Shown piece after piece: positions 51,047 through 64,000 of a stretch of DNA of 64,000 nt (its first letter is position 1; each line of letters starts with the position of its first letter). A model generated the notes under the pieces. That model made no database searches, had not been told where the DNA came from, and saw only the letters and a list, made by a program, of their open reading frames with translations. Source of the DNA: Octopus vulgaris (taxonomy: Eukaryota); assembly GCA_951406725.2 (NCBI GenBank), contig OX597834.1, positions 29,822,001 to 29,886,000 on the forward strand, given 5' to 3'. A program made the position numbers and the translations under genes.

Positions 51047-51399
51047 GTGTTGTGTCCTTGTGCAAGATATTTTATTTCGCGTTGCTTCAGTCCACTCAGC
51101 TGGCGAATTTGAGTTGTACGTTTTATTCAGTGGGGCCAGCCTTGTCACACTCCGTGTCACGCTGAATCTCCCTGAAAACTATGTTAAGGGTACACGTGTC
51201 TGTGGAGTGCTCAGCCACTCGCACATTAATTTCACGGGCAGGCTGTTCCGTTGATCGGATCAACTGGAACCCTCGTCGTCGTAACCGACGGAGTGCCAGT
51301 TAGTTATATAAAATATATACAGGAAAATAAGGAATTTTGTTTATGCCCTTGTAGCAAGACTCAAACGTGAATTGCCACATAACGGACTTCAAGCCACAC

Positions 51400-51600
51400 C
51401 ATCGCTCGACCCTTTTACGTGTGAAGCCACGTTATCAGCCGATCAGAAGCCGGTTTTCAGGTGATTGCTGCTTCTCCGGACCCTTCTTGAGTGTCCTCGA
51501 TAATAAGTCCATAACTAGAATTTGTATAAGGCTCCAAACTTCAGTGTGTGCGAAGATGCGATCCGACACCAATACGCCTTTCCTGATCAAATAGTCGTCC
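51400..51600 (-). mobile_element. possible very decayed LINE reverse-transcriptase fragment
   Basis: ILVMDLLSRTL followed by ADNV in another frame (YADD-like region). Confidence 0.3.
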
Positions 51601-51733
51601 TTACGTCTACATGCGTTGTATGATGGCAGCTATGGTGCTAATATATACGTGTGGGTCTATGTGCCTGTGTCCAGGAGTCAAAACCAAAATCTTACGATCA
51701 TGAATTCGGCACCCTAACCACTAAGCCACATGC

Positions 51734-51788
<55 letters not shown>

Positions 51789-52094
51789 AAATTGTAATAA
51801 GACGTTCTTTCACAACAACTTCTTATTTTGCTGTACAACACTTCTGTTTGCATTTGTACATATATATTTATGTGTGTGTATGTGTGTGTGTAAGTGTGTA
51901 TATTATATAAATATACTTACATATACATTACATATATATATGTATGTATGTATATATATTATCTTACATATTGGTGTATATTGTTTTGTTCTGTTGGATT
52001 TGGATGTTCCTATTTATGTAGTTAATAAATAATATGAATTGGTAATATCTGTAAGTTGATGATTGAAAGGAATCTGTTCCTCCATTTTCTTATT

Positions 52095-52337
<243 letters not shown>

Positions 52338-52345
52338 GTATGTTT

Positions 52346-52390
<45 letters not shown>

Positions 52391-52648
52391 TTATAATAAG
52401 GGTAGTGAATGGTTACAACACCAGTCTGCTAGAAATAGACTTCAAATGGTCTATAAACCACCACTTAGATTATTACTCCACTGACAAAATTCCGTGCTGC
52501 AACACAGAATTTTGTCAGTGAAGAGGTCGCAGTCTCAAAGCGACGAAAATATTTTTGCAAATTAAATTGAAGTGAATTTAACGGTTTTTGTGTGCTTTTA
52601 AATGGCTTATAAACACCTTATACGCTGCAGTTGTTTTATATATATTAG

Positions 52649-52950
52649 CTAGTATATAGCTTTTGAGCAACTGACCTTTAACGGGAAGATCTGCAAACAG
52701 ATCTCTGAATTGTTTTGGGGAATTTGTTACAATCGCTTCCTCCAGAGTCATAACCCAATGATCATCATAATCGTCGCAAAAAAAAAAAAAGAAAAGAATC
52801 TTGTAAAAGAACAACGAAGATAATCGCAGTAATGAAAACATAGAAATCCAAAATTTCAAGATTTCAGGTCCGGATTCGGCCCGGAATGTTTTTAATTTCT
52901 CTAGGAGTAAAGTTGAAAAAGTGTGACACATTGACATTCACAAATATTAT
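52649..52950 (-). mobile_element. internally deleted Helitron retaining a Rep/Helicase fragment
   Basis: DDHWVMTLEEAIVTNSPKQFRDLFA resembles the Helitron DD.HW..TL.EA....P..LR.LFA motif; CTAG at 52649-52652. Confidence 0.6.
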
Positions 52951-52998
52951 ATTATATTATATTATATTATATTATATTATATTATTATATTGTATTGA

Positions 52999-53352
52999 GG
53001 CGGCGAGCACGCCGGGCGAAATACTTAGCGGTATTTCGTCTGTCGTTACGTTCTGAGTTTAAATTCCGCCGAGATAGACTTTGCCTTTCATCCTTTCGGG
53101 TTCGATTAAATAAGAACCAGTTACGCACTGGGGGTCGATGTAATCGACTTAATCCGTTTGTCTGTCCTTGTTTGTCCCCTCTGTGTTTAGCCCCTTGTGG
53201 GTAGTAAAGAAATAGGTATTTCGTCTGCCGTTACGTTCTGAGTTTAAATTCCGCCGAGGTCGACTTTGCCTTTCATCCATTCGGGGTCGATTAAATAAGT
53301 ACCAGTTACGAACTGGAGTCGATGTAATCAACTTAATCCCTTCCCCAAAATT
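52999..53352 (+). mobile_element. SINE family B, 1.6-copy tandem
   Basis: Long-tail copy to 53215, then a restart at GTATTTCGTCTG with the short-type 3' end. Confidence 0.85.
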
Positions 53353-53836
53353 TGAGTAGAAAGTGTGATACACTGACATTCACATTTAGTATATTAGATA
53401 TGTTCAATTTTGGGGAAACTTTATTTCGATTAAAGTGTATCTTATAAATGCGTCTATGTATATAAGTATTAAAGAAAACAAAATTGATAGTGTTCAGTAT
53501 GTTGGTGACAGGAATTTCTGTCAAAGAGACATGGTTTAACAAAGTTGTACATCATCTCCCTCTTTCTCTCTCCCACTGCCGCCATCACCATTACTACTTT
53601 TAATAAAACATCAACTCTCCCCAAATTTCTTTGCCTCTCTCTTTCTCCCCCTCTCTTTTTCTTTCTCTCCCCCCTCTCCCTCTCTGTCTTCGCCACCGCC
53701 CTTACCGACTCTATGCCCACTATTACTCTCACCCCATCATGAGGAATAGTAGGAGTGTCATTAAATAGTGGGAGAGGGGGTCTAAGTGTGACACACTGAC
53801 ACACAGAAATTAGTTTTCGCATTTATTATATTATAT

Positions 53837-53879
<43 letters not shown>

Positions 53880-53916
53880 CCGCAGTCAAATGACTGAAAC
53901 AAGTAAAAGAATAGAA

Positions 53917-53968
<52 letters not shown>

Positions 53969-54087
53969 ATACATATACACACACATATATATATATATAC
54001 GCATATGTATATACATATATGCGTATATAAACATATTCATACATATACATATATATTTATATTTACATTCGCGCGCGCACACACACG

Positions 54088-54120
<33 letters not shown>

Positions 54121-54335
54121 CACCACCACCACCACCACACACACGGTCAACTTAGAAATTTCTGTTCTATAGAAATATTTCTTACGCTTTAGACATCATC
54201 CTTAAAAGAGACTTTCTTCATCATCTTTACCATTTATCATCCGATGCCGTGACCGAAGAAACCAAAAGTGCAAAATAGATGGCACCGAAAGAAACCTATT
54301 CCTTTTCTTATCGTTATTTTCGCCATAATTATGGA

Positions 54336-54337
<2 letters not shown>

Positions 54338-54414
<77 letters not shown>

Positions 54415-54435
54415 TTCTCACTCTCTCTCTCTCTT

Positions 54436-54475
<40 letters not shown>

Positions 54476-54491
54476 ACTCTCTCTCTCTCTT

Positions 54492-54589
<98 letters not shown>

Positions 54590-54673
54590 ACTCTCTCTCT
54601 CTCTCTCTCTTTCTCACTCTCTCTCTCTCTTTCTTTCTCTCTCTCTCTCTCACTCTCACTCTCTCTTTCTCTT

Positions 54674-54727
<54 letters not shown>

Positions 54728-54768
54728 TCTAGCTGTCTCATTACTTATCTCTTTCTGTGCCCTTTTCC

Positions 54769-54803
<35 letters not shown>

Positions 54804-54868
54804 CCTATCCACCTATCCATCTATCCATCTATCCATCTATCTATCTATCTGTCTGTCTATCTATCTAC

Positions 54869-54926
<58 letters not shown>

Positions 54927-55018
54927 GTCTGCCTATCTATCTGTCTATCTATTTATTATCTATCTGTCTGTCTGTCTATCTATCTGCCTATCTATCCATC
55001 TAATCTATCTATCACTAG

Positions 55019-55075
<57 letters not shown>

Positions 55076-55085
55076 GCTCTTTCTT
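54338..55085. repeat. (CT)n and (TCTA)n compound array
   Basis: Direct reading. Confidence 0.95.
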
Positions 55086-55212
55086 TCGTACTGTATTAAC
55101 ATCATAACTTTATACACATACTTACACATGCATGTAAATCTATAGATATACATTAATATACGTACACACACATACATATACATGCATACGAACACACATT
55201 CATACACGCATC

Positions 55213-55277
<65 letters not shown>

Positions 55278-55318
55278 GCATATACTTATAAATCCATATG
55301 TATGTATATATGTTTGTA

Positions 55319-55349
<31 letters not shown>

Positions 55350-55481
55350 GAGTGTGTGTGTGTTTGTGTGTGTGTGCACGCGCGCTTGTCTTTGTGCGTG
55401 TGGTCGCCAACATTAATCATATCTGAAATTATTATAACCAGAGAAAGAAAAACTGGTATGTCCAACATATACAGACTCATA

Positions 55482-55548
<67 letters not shown>

Positions 55549-55610
55549 ATGTATGTATGTGTGTATGTGTGTATGTATATGTGTATGTGTGTATGTATAT
55601 GTATGTTTGC

Positions 55611-55655
<45 letters not shown>

Positions 55656-56019
55656 CAGCAAACATACATATACACATACATACACATATACATACATACA
55701 CATACGCAAATACATACCCACATACATACACATACATACACATACATACATACATGTACACGCACAAACGTTTACTACATGTTTGTATGCCAGTGTGTAT
55801 ACACATATACATATCTTTTCTGTATAAACGGAAGAAAAGTGCATTCAATACATGATATGAGTTGGTAATTATGAGGAATCAGTTCATAATTTGCTCCGTC
55901 GCTACTCAGAGTTTCACGCAACGGACGATCATTCAGGTAAACGTCGCTTGATTAACTTGGAGCAATATCGAGATCAATAATCAATCAATTCGTAGTACAT
56001 ACATACACACGCAGACACA

Positions 56020-56081
56020 GATATGTATGTATGTATGTACGTACGTATGTATGTATGTATGTATGTATGTATGTACGCATG

Positions 56082-56115
<34 letters not shown>

Positions 56116-56605
56116 TGTATGTATGTATGTAGGTATGTATGTTTGTAATGTATGTATGTGTGTATGTATGTATGTATGAATGTATGCATGTATGGATGGA
56201 TGGATGGATGTATGTATATATGTAGGTATATATGTATGTATGTATGAACGTATGTATGTATATTTGTATGTATGTATATATGTATGTATGTATGTAATGT
56301 ATGTACGTATGTATGTATGTATGTAGGTATGTATGTATGTATGTATATATGCATGTATGTATGTAATGTACGTATGTATGTATGTAATGTATGTAGGTAG
56401 GTAGGTATGTATGTAATGTACGTATGTATGTATGTATGTATATATGTATGTATGTACGTACGTATGTATGTATGTAGGTATGTATGTATATATGATGTAT
56501 GTAATGTATGTACGTATGTAGGTATGTATGTATGTATGTATATATGCATGTATGTATGTAATGTACGTACGTATGTATGTATGTATGTGTATATGTATGT
56601 ATGTA
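56020..56605. repeat. degenerate (TATG)n array
   Basis: Direct reading; retains TACG variants. Confidence 0.9.
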
Positions 56606-56875
56606 TAAGAGTGTATTTTGTGTATGTGCGTGTGAATGAGTTCATAATTATATATATGAAAAAAATATATATATATGTAAATATCTGTGTGTATAAATAC
56701 ACACACACACTGACAAATATATATATATATGTATGTATATGTACATTTACGTGTGTATAGAGAGATCAATTTATTCGGCTTTTAATGTTGTAACTGGATA
56801 TTTTGTTTGGATATCTACGTATGGTTATATGCGTGTGTGCATGCGTGCATATACATAAACGCACACGCACACACA

Positions 56876-56909
<34 letters not shown>

Positions 56910-57198
56910 TTCGTGCGTATATCCGTGTATGTGTATGTGTATGTGTGTGCATGTGCGTGTGTGTGTCTACAGGTAATTTCTATCAATATTACACATAAAT
57001 TTACGTATTTATATCGAAATAAATGTACATAGCTATAAGTTGTGTGTGCATATCCATACATCCACACGCACGTATGTGTATGTGTGTGTGTGTGCGTGTG
57101 TGTTTGTTCGTAATTGTGCGTTTAGTTATGTATGCTTGTCTGCCATTTTATCTGTCAATCTATCTATCTTAGATATATAGATAGATAGATAGATAGAT

Positions 57199-57263
<65 letters not shown>

Positions 57264-57316
57264 CAGAGATAGATAGATGGATAGATAGATATATAGACAG
57301 AGATAGATAGATAGAT

Positions 57317-57370
<54 letters not shown>

Positions 57371-57434
57371 CGATTGACATGTATTTCACGCACTGGCACA
57401 CACACGTACACGCACGCACGCACACACACACACA

Positions 57435-57470
<36 letters not shown>

Positions 57471-57472
57471 CA

Positions 57473-57512
<40 letters not shown>

Positions 57513-57970
57513 CAGAGTTACACAGAGTTCCACACATGAAATTCTGGGTGAAACTCATTGAAATGACAATCACCAGACGATATAGCATGCCAAGTGACAA
57601 TCTAAAAAGATATTTCATTGAGATCTTTTAAACATCTTATTACCGTCGGGTCACTGAAGATGTAACCTCTTTGGGAGGGAAGCGTTTCATCGAAGCGACC
57701 CTTCTCCTTCTTCATTTCATTTCAACAGGACCGCACGGAATGCCGGATAGAAATAAATATGTATATCAAAAACAAAAAAAAAAATAGATATAGATATAGC
57801 AAATAAAATAAACAATTGTATATTCATTTTCTTGCTAAAGTATGTTTTATTGTTCTTGTCGGCTGGTTTGTTTTTGTGTGGTTTTTGTATATTTCACTTT
57901 TTTTTTTTTTGGCGGACTCCTTATCTTTATGACTACAACTTCTACTACTGCTGTTACTACAACTACTACA

Positions 57971-58016
<46 letters not shown>

Positions 58017-58852
58017 TCATCATCATCACCACCACCACCACTGCTACTACTACTGCTGCAGCTGCTGCTGCTGCTACTACAACTACCACTACTACTCAAG
58101 CTATCGTATCCTACTTTACTTAGCAGGGATGTTGTCTTGAGGTTTGATGACCACAAGTTTCCTCAAGTCTCAAGAATCTTTCTTAGAACTCTCGTACAAT
58201 ACAAGATGGCACTTTTCTGCAGATCGACAGTGTGAGTCTCAATTCCAATATACTTCAGCCTCTTTATTTGGATGGGTTCTAGTTAAATTGATTCACAGAA
58301 TCTGCATTTTTTTTAAAGGAAGTAAAAAAAATCTGAAAATCGGTTATATTGATGTGGTTTTCCATTCTTATTGCTATGAACCCATGATCTTGTGGAGAAA
58401 AAAAAGTCAACATGTATCCTCTTACTGTTTCTTTTGTCTCTTCGCTGATTTCTATAGTGTTTTGTATGTTTTTACCATTTTTTAAAATTTGTTATATTAA
58501 TAAGACTAAAAGCTGACAGAACCATTAGCACTCTGGGCAAAATGCTTTACATCTCGAGTTCAAATTCCACCTAGGTTGTCTTCGCTTTTCATCTTTTCAA
58601 GGTTGATAAAATAAGTATAAGTTGAATGTGTAACCATTTCAGTTGATCATACAACTGAAGTGATCATCCTAGAAACAGATGAAGATCCATTTCCTTTAGT
58701 TGTTGTTTACTTATACAGCAAATACAGCAAATGAGCCAATGAGGTTATATCTGTGTGGTTGATTGATTTGCTAGAAATAACAGCCAAATCTCCCTCACGC
58801 TATGCTCTAACATTTAAAAAAGGAAGGACACATTAAATAGTGTTATCCTACA

Positions 58853-59156
58853 TCTTTATATATAAAACTGAAGTTGTGTGAGAGTCTGTCTCCTCCGATT
58901 TAGATTCCTAACTACTCCCACATTTTGCGGTGCAGTTTAACCAAAAGCGGGTATCTTATAGTCGTGATTCATATCGAGCCCTTCTGGGTATTGGCGCGCG
59001 TCTACGATGAGTCTACGATTTTAAAAAAATTTACCATCATTTTTTCGTTTTTTAAATGCATTTTTTGCTCGGTTTATATAAGGGAAGTAACTCTCTAAAA
59101 ATGCTTATATAGTTATTTCCCTTACAAACCCGAGCAACGCCGGGCGATACTGCTAG
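58853..59156 (+). mobile_element. non-autonomous Helitron
   Basis: A|TC...hairpin..CTAG|T; inserted into a family G repeat. Confidence 0.9.
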
Positions 59157-59464
59157 TCTTCAATAAAGATACAGAATGGTTTAATCTGGCCTGACCTGGG
59201 TTTAAACTGGCAGGCATTCGTCGCAACCATTGCGAGTGTACCGCCAGTAAAAATTCCCACGAACCACTTTTTTATTGATGTTGGGTCTAGATTTACTGCA
59301 CCTCATTTTTTAGTTGTTATATTTTCGTTGTTATCTTGCATTTTTACACGGACTTTTCAAACGGTCAAAACCCTTTTTGTAACTTTCGTCCTGTATTTTG
59401 TCCTTTCGTGTTTTTTATTTGATTTTTGTTAGCCCTTGTGGCCAATAAATTAATTAATTAATTA

Positions 59465-59498
<34 letters not shown>

Positions 59499-59501
<3 letters not shown>

Positions 59502-60103
59502 GTTTGACTTTTGCTTTAAATTTGCTTTAAAGTTGACTCCAAGTCTCACCCAGAGACCTCAAGAGACAACAGGTTGGAAGTTCGTGATGTTGTTATGCCT
59601 AGTGTGCCATATATTTGGTTTTGTATTTTGTGTTGTACTAATGAATGTCAAAAAAAAAAAACGAAAATTATGTTTGTTTTAAAACTTGAGATTACATAGA
59701 AAGTATTTTGCGTAGGATATGAGCAGTTCCCATGTGCACTATCTTTTGAATTTTTGCCATTTATTATGTTAAAGTCCCACAACATTACTTTCTCGTACTT
59801 TACTAGGTTCATGTTCATACCATTTATTAGTATGTTCAAATCCTAGCTTTTTATATAACCCCCAGTGGATTACTCTCCCTACATTGTCATGTCTTTTCTT
59901 GTATTCTTTCTGTGCCAGTATACTACATTCACTTACAATAGGAGTAACGCTTTCCTCTTTTGATTTACATAACCTACATTGGGAATCTACGTGGTTTTTG
60001 TCTATCTTGGCTTTTAATCAATTAGTCCTTAATGCTTGATCTTGTGCAGCTACTAACAAACTTTCTGTCTCCCTTTTCAGCTTTCCTTTTTGCAACCATA
60101 GCA
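59499..60103 (-). mobile_element. R4/Dong-clade LINE fragment (zinc-knuckle region, C-terminus and 3' UTR)
   Basis: WLQKGKLKRETESLLVAAQDQALRTN*..CRLCKSKEESVTPIVSECSILAQKEYKKRHDNVGRVIHW..WYEHEP..LWDFNI; then KIVHMGTAHILRKILSM*; (TAA)n on both flanks. Confidence 0.85.
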
Positions 60104-60129
60104 ATATTATTATTATTATTATTATTATA

Positions 60130-60345
60130 TGAGAGAACAGTGCATGCCATCAAAGTGACACTGGGGTAAAATATACGAAACCCAGTATACTCATCATAAT
60201 TAGTCGACTGATAATTGTACACCAGGCACATGCATTACAACCATGTGTACGCGACAGGATAATCTCATATCAAGATAAACAGCGCATGACCTTGCAGGTG
60301 GGGCCCAGTTAGAATTTTTCTTCAGGCGAAGTAGCACATCCTGCC
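60130..60345 (-). mobile_element. dispersed retro-repeat family E
   Basis: Homologous to 25252-25383. Confidence 0.65.
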
Positions 60346-61077
60346 CATAAGGGAGCAGAGAGTCCGGGGAGAGAGAGAAAGAGAGAGATATATGGTAGAA
60401 TGAACAGGAGAAAAAGAACTCAATACATGAGTATGTATACATTTTTTAATTGGTTTTATTCGACAGAAAGATATACAGGTTACTCGAAGGCTGAGAGTTT
60501 GATAAGTGTGAAGAACGAAACATGAGGTCCGTGAATCGCTTTGTTATTTCTGCTGATTAAAAGCGATATTTAGACTTTGTCTATCCAAAGAGATCTTTAA
60601 CCCAATCTTTACATGCCATCATTTATAGCTTTATCAACTTCGAGTTCCACCATTAAAAATTAATAATTTCACGTTTGACGAAGTTTTAAAATTCTTATGA
60701 CGTAAATAATACATACATACATACATACATACATACATACATACATACATACATACATACATACATACATACATACATAACAAATGCAATCTGTTATTGG
60801 AACAGTGAAGATACTCTTTTACTCTTTTACTCTTTTACTTGTTTCAGCCATCCGGCTGAGGATATACAATACTTTTCTCAAGTTTAAAATGTGACATTGT
60901 TTTTCTTATCCACATTTCAATGATGGAGATTTGTGTCTTTGTTAGAAACCAGTTCCTTCCTCAGGAGAAGTATCTAAATACTTAAAACAGAGGAGAACAC
61001 ACATATACATACATACATACATACACACACACATACATACATACATACATACATACATACATACATACATACATACA

Positions 61078-61108
<31 letters not shown>

Positions 61109-61257
61109 GATACAAAAAAGGCGCAGTGCAAGGTGTTCAGGGCAACAATAATATCAACGTAGTTTGTAAAAACATATTATATTTATGGTGGTGGCATCAT
61201 TGTAGTTCATAGGAAGCCTCAGTGAGTTAAGCGATTAACATGTCGTATGCATACAAC

Positions 61258-61425
61258 AAGAGAGGAAGAGGCCGACCAAGAACCCGCTGGCTTGACACCA
61301 TCAAGAGTGATACCGGAATGGACATAGCCAATCTGAAAGAAGCGTCCCAGGATAGAACTGACTGGAGGACACTGATCCAACGAGTGACCGAGAATCGACT
61401 TCCACTGAGCGGATAGAGAGAGAGA
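61258..61425 (+). mobile_element. RTE LINE extreme 3' end
   Basis: KRGRGRPRTRWLDTIKSDTGMDIANLKEASQDRTDWRTLIQRVTENRLPLSG* with a (GA)n tail. Confidence 0.85.
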
Positions 61426-61744
61426 TGGGGATTTAAAAAGAAATTGACCGGAAGTGACGACAGGGAAATTTAATAATTTCATATAGACGATGTTTAGTGA
61501 ATAAACAGGAACAACGCCATTCTCGCTATACATTTCAATAGTCGAGCAAGATTATAGCAATGTTCACATGTAACTGGGATGGCTATCATTGGTCGACATG
61601 CAAGACACGGCACTGCCTTCTTAGTGATGTTGTTCGTTGCTGGATATAATACGTTGCAACGGTGTAAGTCAGCAGTTATTTCTAAAATATTTAAGGTCTC
61701 ACCAGAAGGTATTATACAAGTAAATGTCGGTGAATGCGTCATAT

Positions 61745-62253
61745 TCTTTACTGGCTTTAGTCATTGGACTGCGGCCATGCTGGGGCTCTGGCTTCAAGGT
61801 TTTAGTTCAACAAATAGACTCCAGAACATATTTCAACTTCGAAGTATGATACTTATTCTATCAGACTCTTTATACCGACTCGTAGAAATTACGAGAACGT
61901 AAACAAACGGATCTTTTCACTTTGACCGGCAGATTTTTTTAATAATTTCTATGTAACTAAACACTTTTAAACTTCGTATACTGGTAGAATGTGTTTATAA
62001 AACAGTTTTTTCTCTTGGCTTTCTTGAAAAAATTCTGTAGTTTGTAACATATTTGGTGTTTAATTTTGTGCAATTCTGCAATTTCACCCAATCAAGGACG
62101 TCTATTGAGGTGAAAACAATTTCTATGTTTTATAAACACATTCTACCAGTATACGAAGTTTAAAATTTTTTAGTTACATAGAAATTATTTTAAAAATCTG
62201 CCGGTCAAAGTGAAAAGATCCAAACGAACAAATACCAGTTGTCAAGCAGTGGT

Positions 62254-62296
<43 letters not shown>

Positions 62297-62485
62297 ACAC
62301 ACACACACACGCACACACACACATGATGGGCTTTTGTACTGTTAGCATCGACCAAAGTCGCTTATATGGCATTTGTCAACCTGTATATCTATAGAAGAAG
62401 ATACTTGACAAAGATGCGACACTGAGAGACTGAACCCGAAACCACATGGTTGCCAGGCGAGTGTCTTAACGACACAGCCATGTCT
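61745..62485 (-). mobile_element. old SINE family A interrupted by a MITE
   Basis: GACTGCGGCCATGCTGG tail and GACTGAACCC..CACAGCCA head. Confidence 0.7.
61909..62221. mobile_element. 313-bp MITE with 96-bp TIRs and 4-bp TSD
   Basis: TIRs 61909-62004 and 62126-62221 starting GGATCTTTTCAC; TSD AAAC at 61905-61908 and 62222-62225. Confidence 0.9.
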
Positions 62486-62879
62486 ATGGCTTTACGGGAA
62501 TTTACGTCAATAAACTTAAGAGATTTCGCTGGTTCTCTTTAAGTTCTCTTTACGAAATAATGTAATGTCATGTTGTCACTTCCGGTCAATCTACTTTCGT
62601 TTTCCTTTTTTTACCCTCACATTGCATGTTAACCATTTTACTTTAGTCATATAACGGTTAACATGCAGTTTACAGTCATTAAAATGCACAGATTGTCCTG
62701 AAAATAATGGGAGTAAATTGCGACAGAAACCGGAAGTGACGACAATGACATCCCATAAATTCATGCAAACGCTGCACGTGACATTGCTAATGCATAGAAA
62801 ATACATATATTTAAAGTAACATGAAAACCATACATATATTTTTTATATATAAGATAAAAACAAGGGATCCTCCTCAATA

Positions 62880-63042
62880 GGCGCAGGAGTGGCTGTGTGG
62901 TAAGTAGCTTGTTTACCAACCAGATGGTTCCGGGTTCAGTCCCACTGCGTGGCACCTTGGGCAAGTGTCTTCTACTATAGCATCGGGCCGACCAAAGCCT
63001 TGTGAGTGGATTTGGCAGACGGAAACTGAAAGAAGCCCGTCG

Positions 63043-63084
<42 letters not shown>

Positions 63085-63290
63085 TTTGTGTTTGTCCCCC
63101 TAGCATTGCTTGACAACCGATGCTGGTGTGTTTATGTCCCCCGTCACTTAGCGGTTCGGCAAAAAAGAGCGATAGAATAAGTACTGGGCTTACAAAAGAA
63201 TAAGCCCCGGGGTCTAATTGCTCGATTAAAGGCGGTGCTCCATCATGGCCGCAGTCAAATGGCTGAAGCAAGTAAAAGAGTGAAAGAGTA
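62880..63290 (+). mobile_element. SINE family A, full length
   Basis: Complete from head to GTAAAAGAGT tail. Confidence 0.92.
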
Positions 63291-63523
63291 ATGGTGTTCG
63301 TTACTGATATAATACATTGGAACGGTGTACCTCAGCTGCTATTTCTGAAATATTCAAGGTATCACTAAAAAAGTACTTTCCATATTGATTCGGTGGATAC
63401 TGCAATATGAAGGAGTTAATAAAATTAGTAAATTTCACTTGTTGTCTTTATGCTCCCTTTATGAAATTATAAGAGATCACTTTTGTCACTTCAGGTTTAT
63501 TTACTTCTATTTTAAACCCTTAA

Positions 63524-63743
63524 CCCTTTAGTGTTCAGATTACTCTGTTAAATATAATACTTTTTCACTCAAATTGTTTAGAATTAATCCTGCATTATCT
63601 TATAGCTTTGAGGTTTCAGTGATGTGATTGTTTATTTTTAGCATGACATTGTAGGTTAGGTGTGAGAGGCTAGATATCACCAGTTTGAATATAAAACATT
63701 TAGAATATTTGGGCCAGATGTGGCCGGTTTAAACACTAAACGG
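63524..63743 (-). mobile_element. TTAA MITE, CCCTTTAG family
   Basis: TTAA at 63520-63523 and 63744-63747; reverse complement of 3319-3538. Confidence 0.85.
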
Positions 63744-64000
63744 TTAAACTGTGTATTAACCATTTTATTTTAGTCTTATAACAATCATTTGATTTATCAT
63801 AACAACAGATTGATATTACATCTTTAACGTTTGCCCGTCCAAAATCCTTTTTATAAGTTACTCCTAAAAGTCCGTGCTTCTTTTCTGACTTTTAGGTAGA
63901 CCTCGTTTTATACGTTCTGAGTAATTTAAAGCTCTCCTATCATAAGCCCCAAGTTACTCTGATGGTTTCAAAAAATTTGGTAGCGGGTATCATATATGAT

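Larger units (their letters stand above)
50561..51304 (+). mobile_element. SINE family C with 13-bp TSD, carrying two nested insertions
   Basis: TSD TATATAAAATATA at 50548-50560 and 51305-51317. Confidence 0.85.

Noticed and set aside
57648-57701. Hairpin with CTGAAGA and tandem GA pairs (hammerhead or SECIS)
   Set aside because: It lacks GAAA-stem III-UH, lacks AUGA and a correctly spaced apical AA, and there is no associated selenoprotein exon.

Overview
Repeat-dense, AT-rich animal DNA, most likely octopus. This is inferred from the tRNA-headed SINE families and the extreme TA/CA/GATA/CT microsatellite load, not from a database match. No complete protein-coding gene is present. Nearly all supplied ORFs are translations of microsatellites or SINEs. 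The window is a mosaic of several element types: at least four SINE families (called A, B, C and F here, often nested); 3' fragments of RTE, CR1 and R4/Dong LINEs; decayed Tc1/mariner (DD37D-like, Tc3-like) and hAT transposases; TTAA MITEs; a long-TIR MITE; and non-autonomous Helitrons. The most notable signal is a set of minimal type-I hammerhead-ribozyme motifs (CUGANGA..GAAAC-palindrome-GUH) in several unrelated, (TA)n-abutting repeats of Penelope pLTR type. One of these is a near-perfect 352-bp palindrome (15878-16229) that encodes an intact hammerhead on both strands. A second signal is a shift from CpG-decayed to CpG-rich sequence at about 35-38 kb. Together with three short minus-strand phase-0 ATG..GT candidates, this suggests, speculatively, the 5' part of a large minus-strand gene with alternative first exons.
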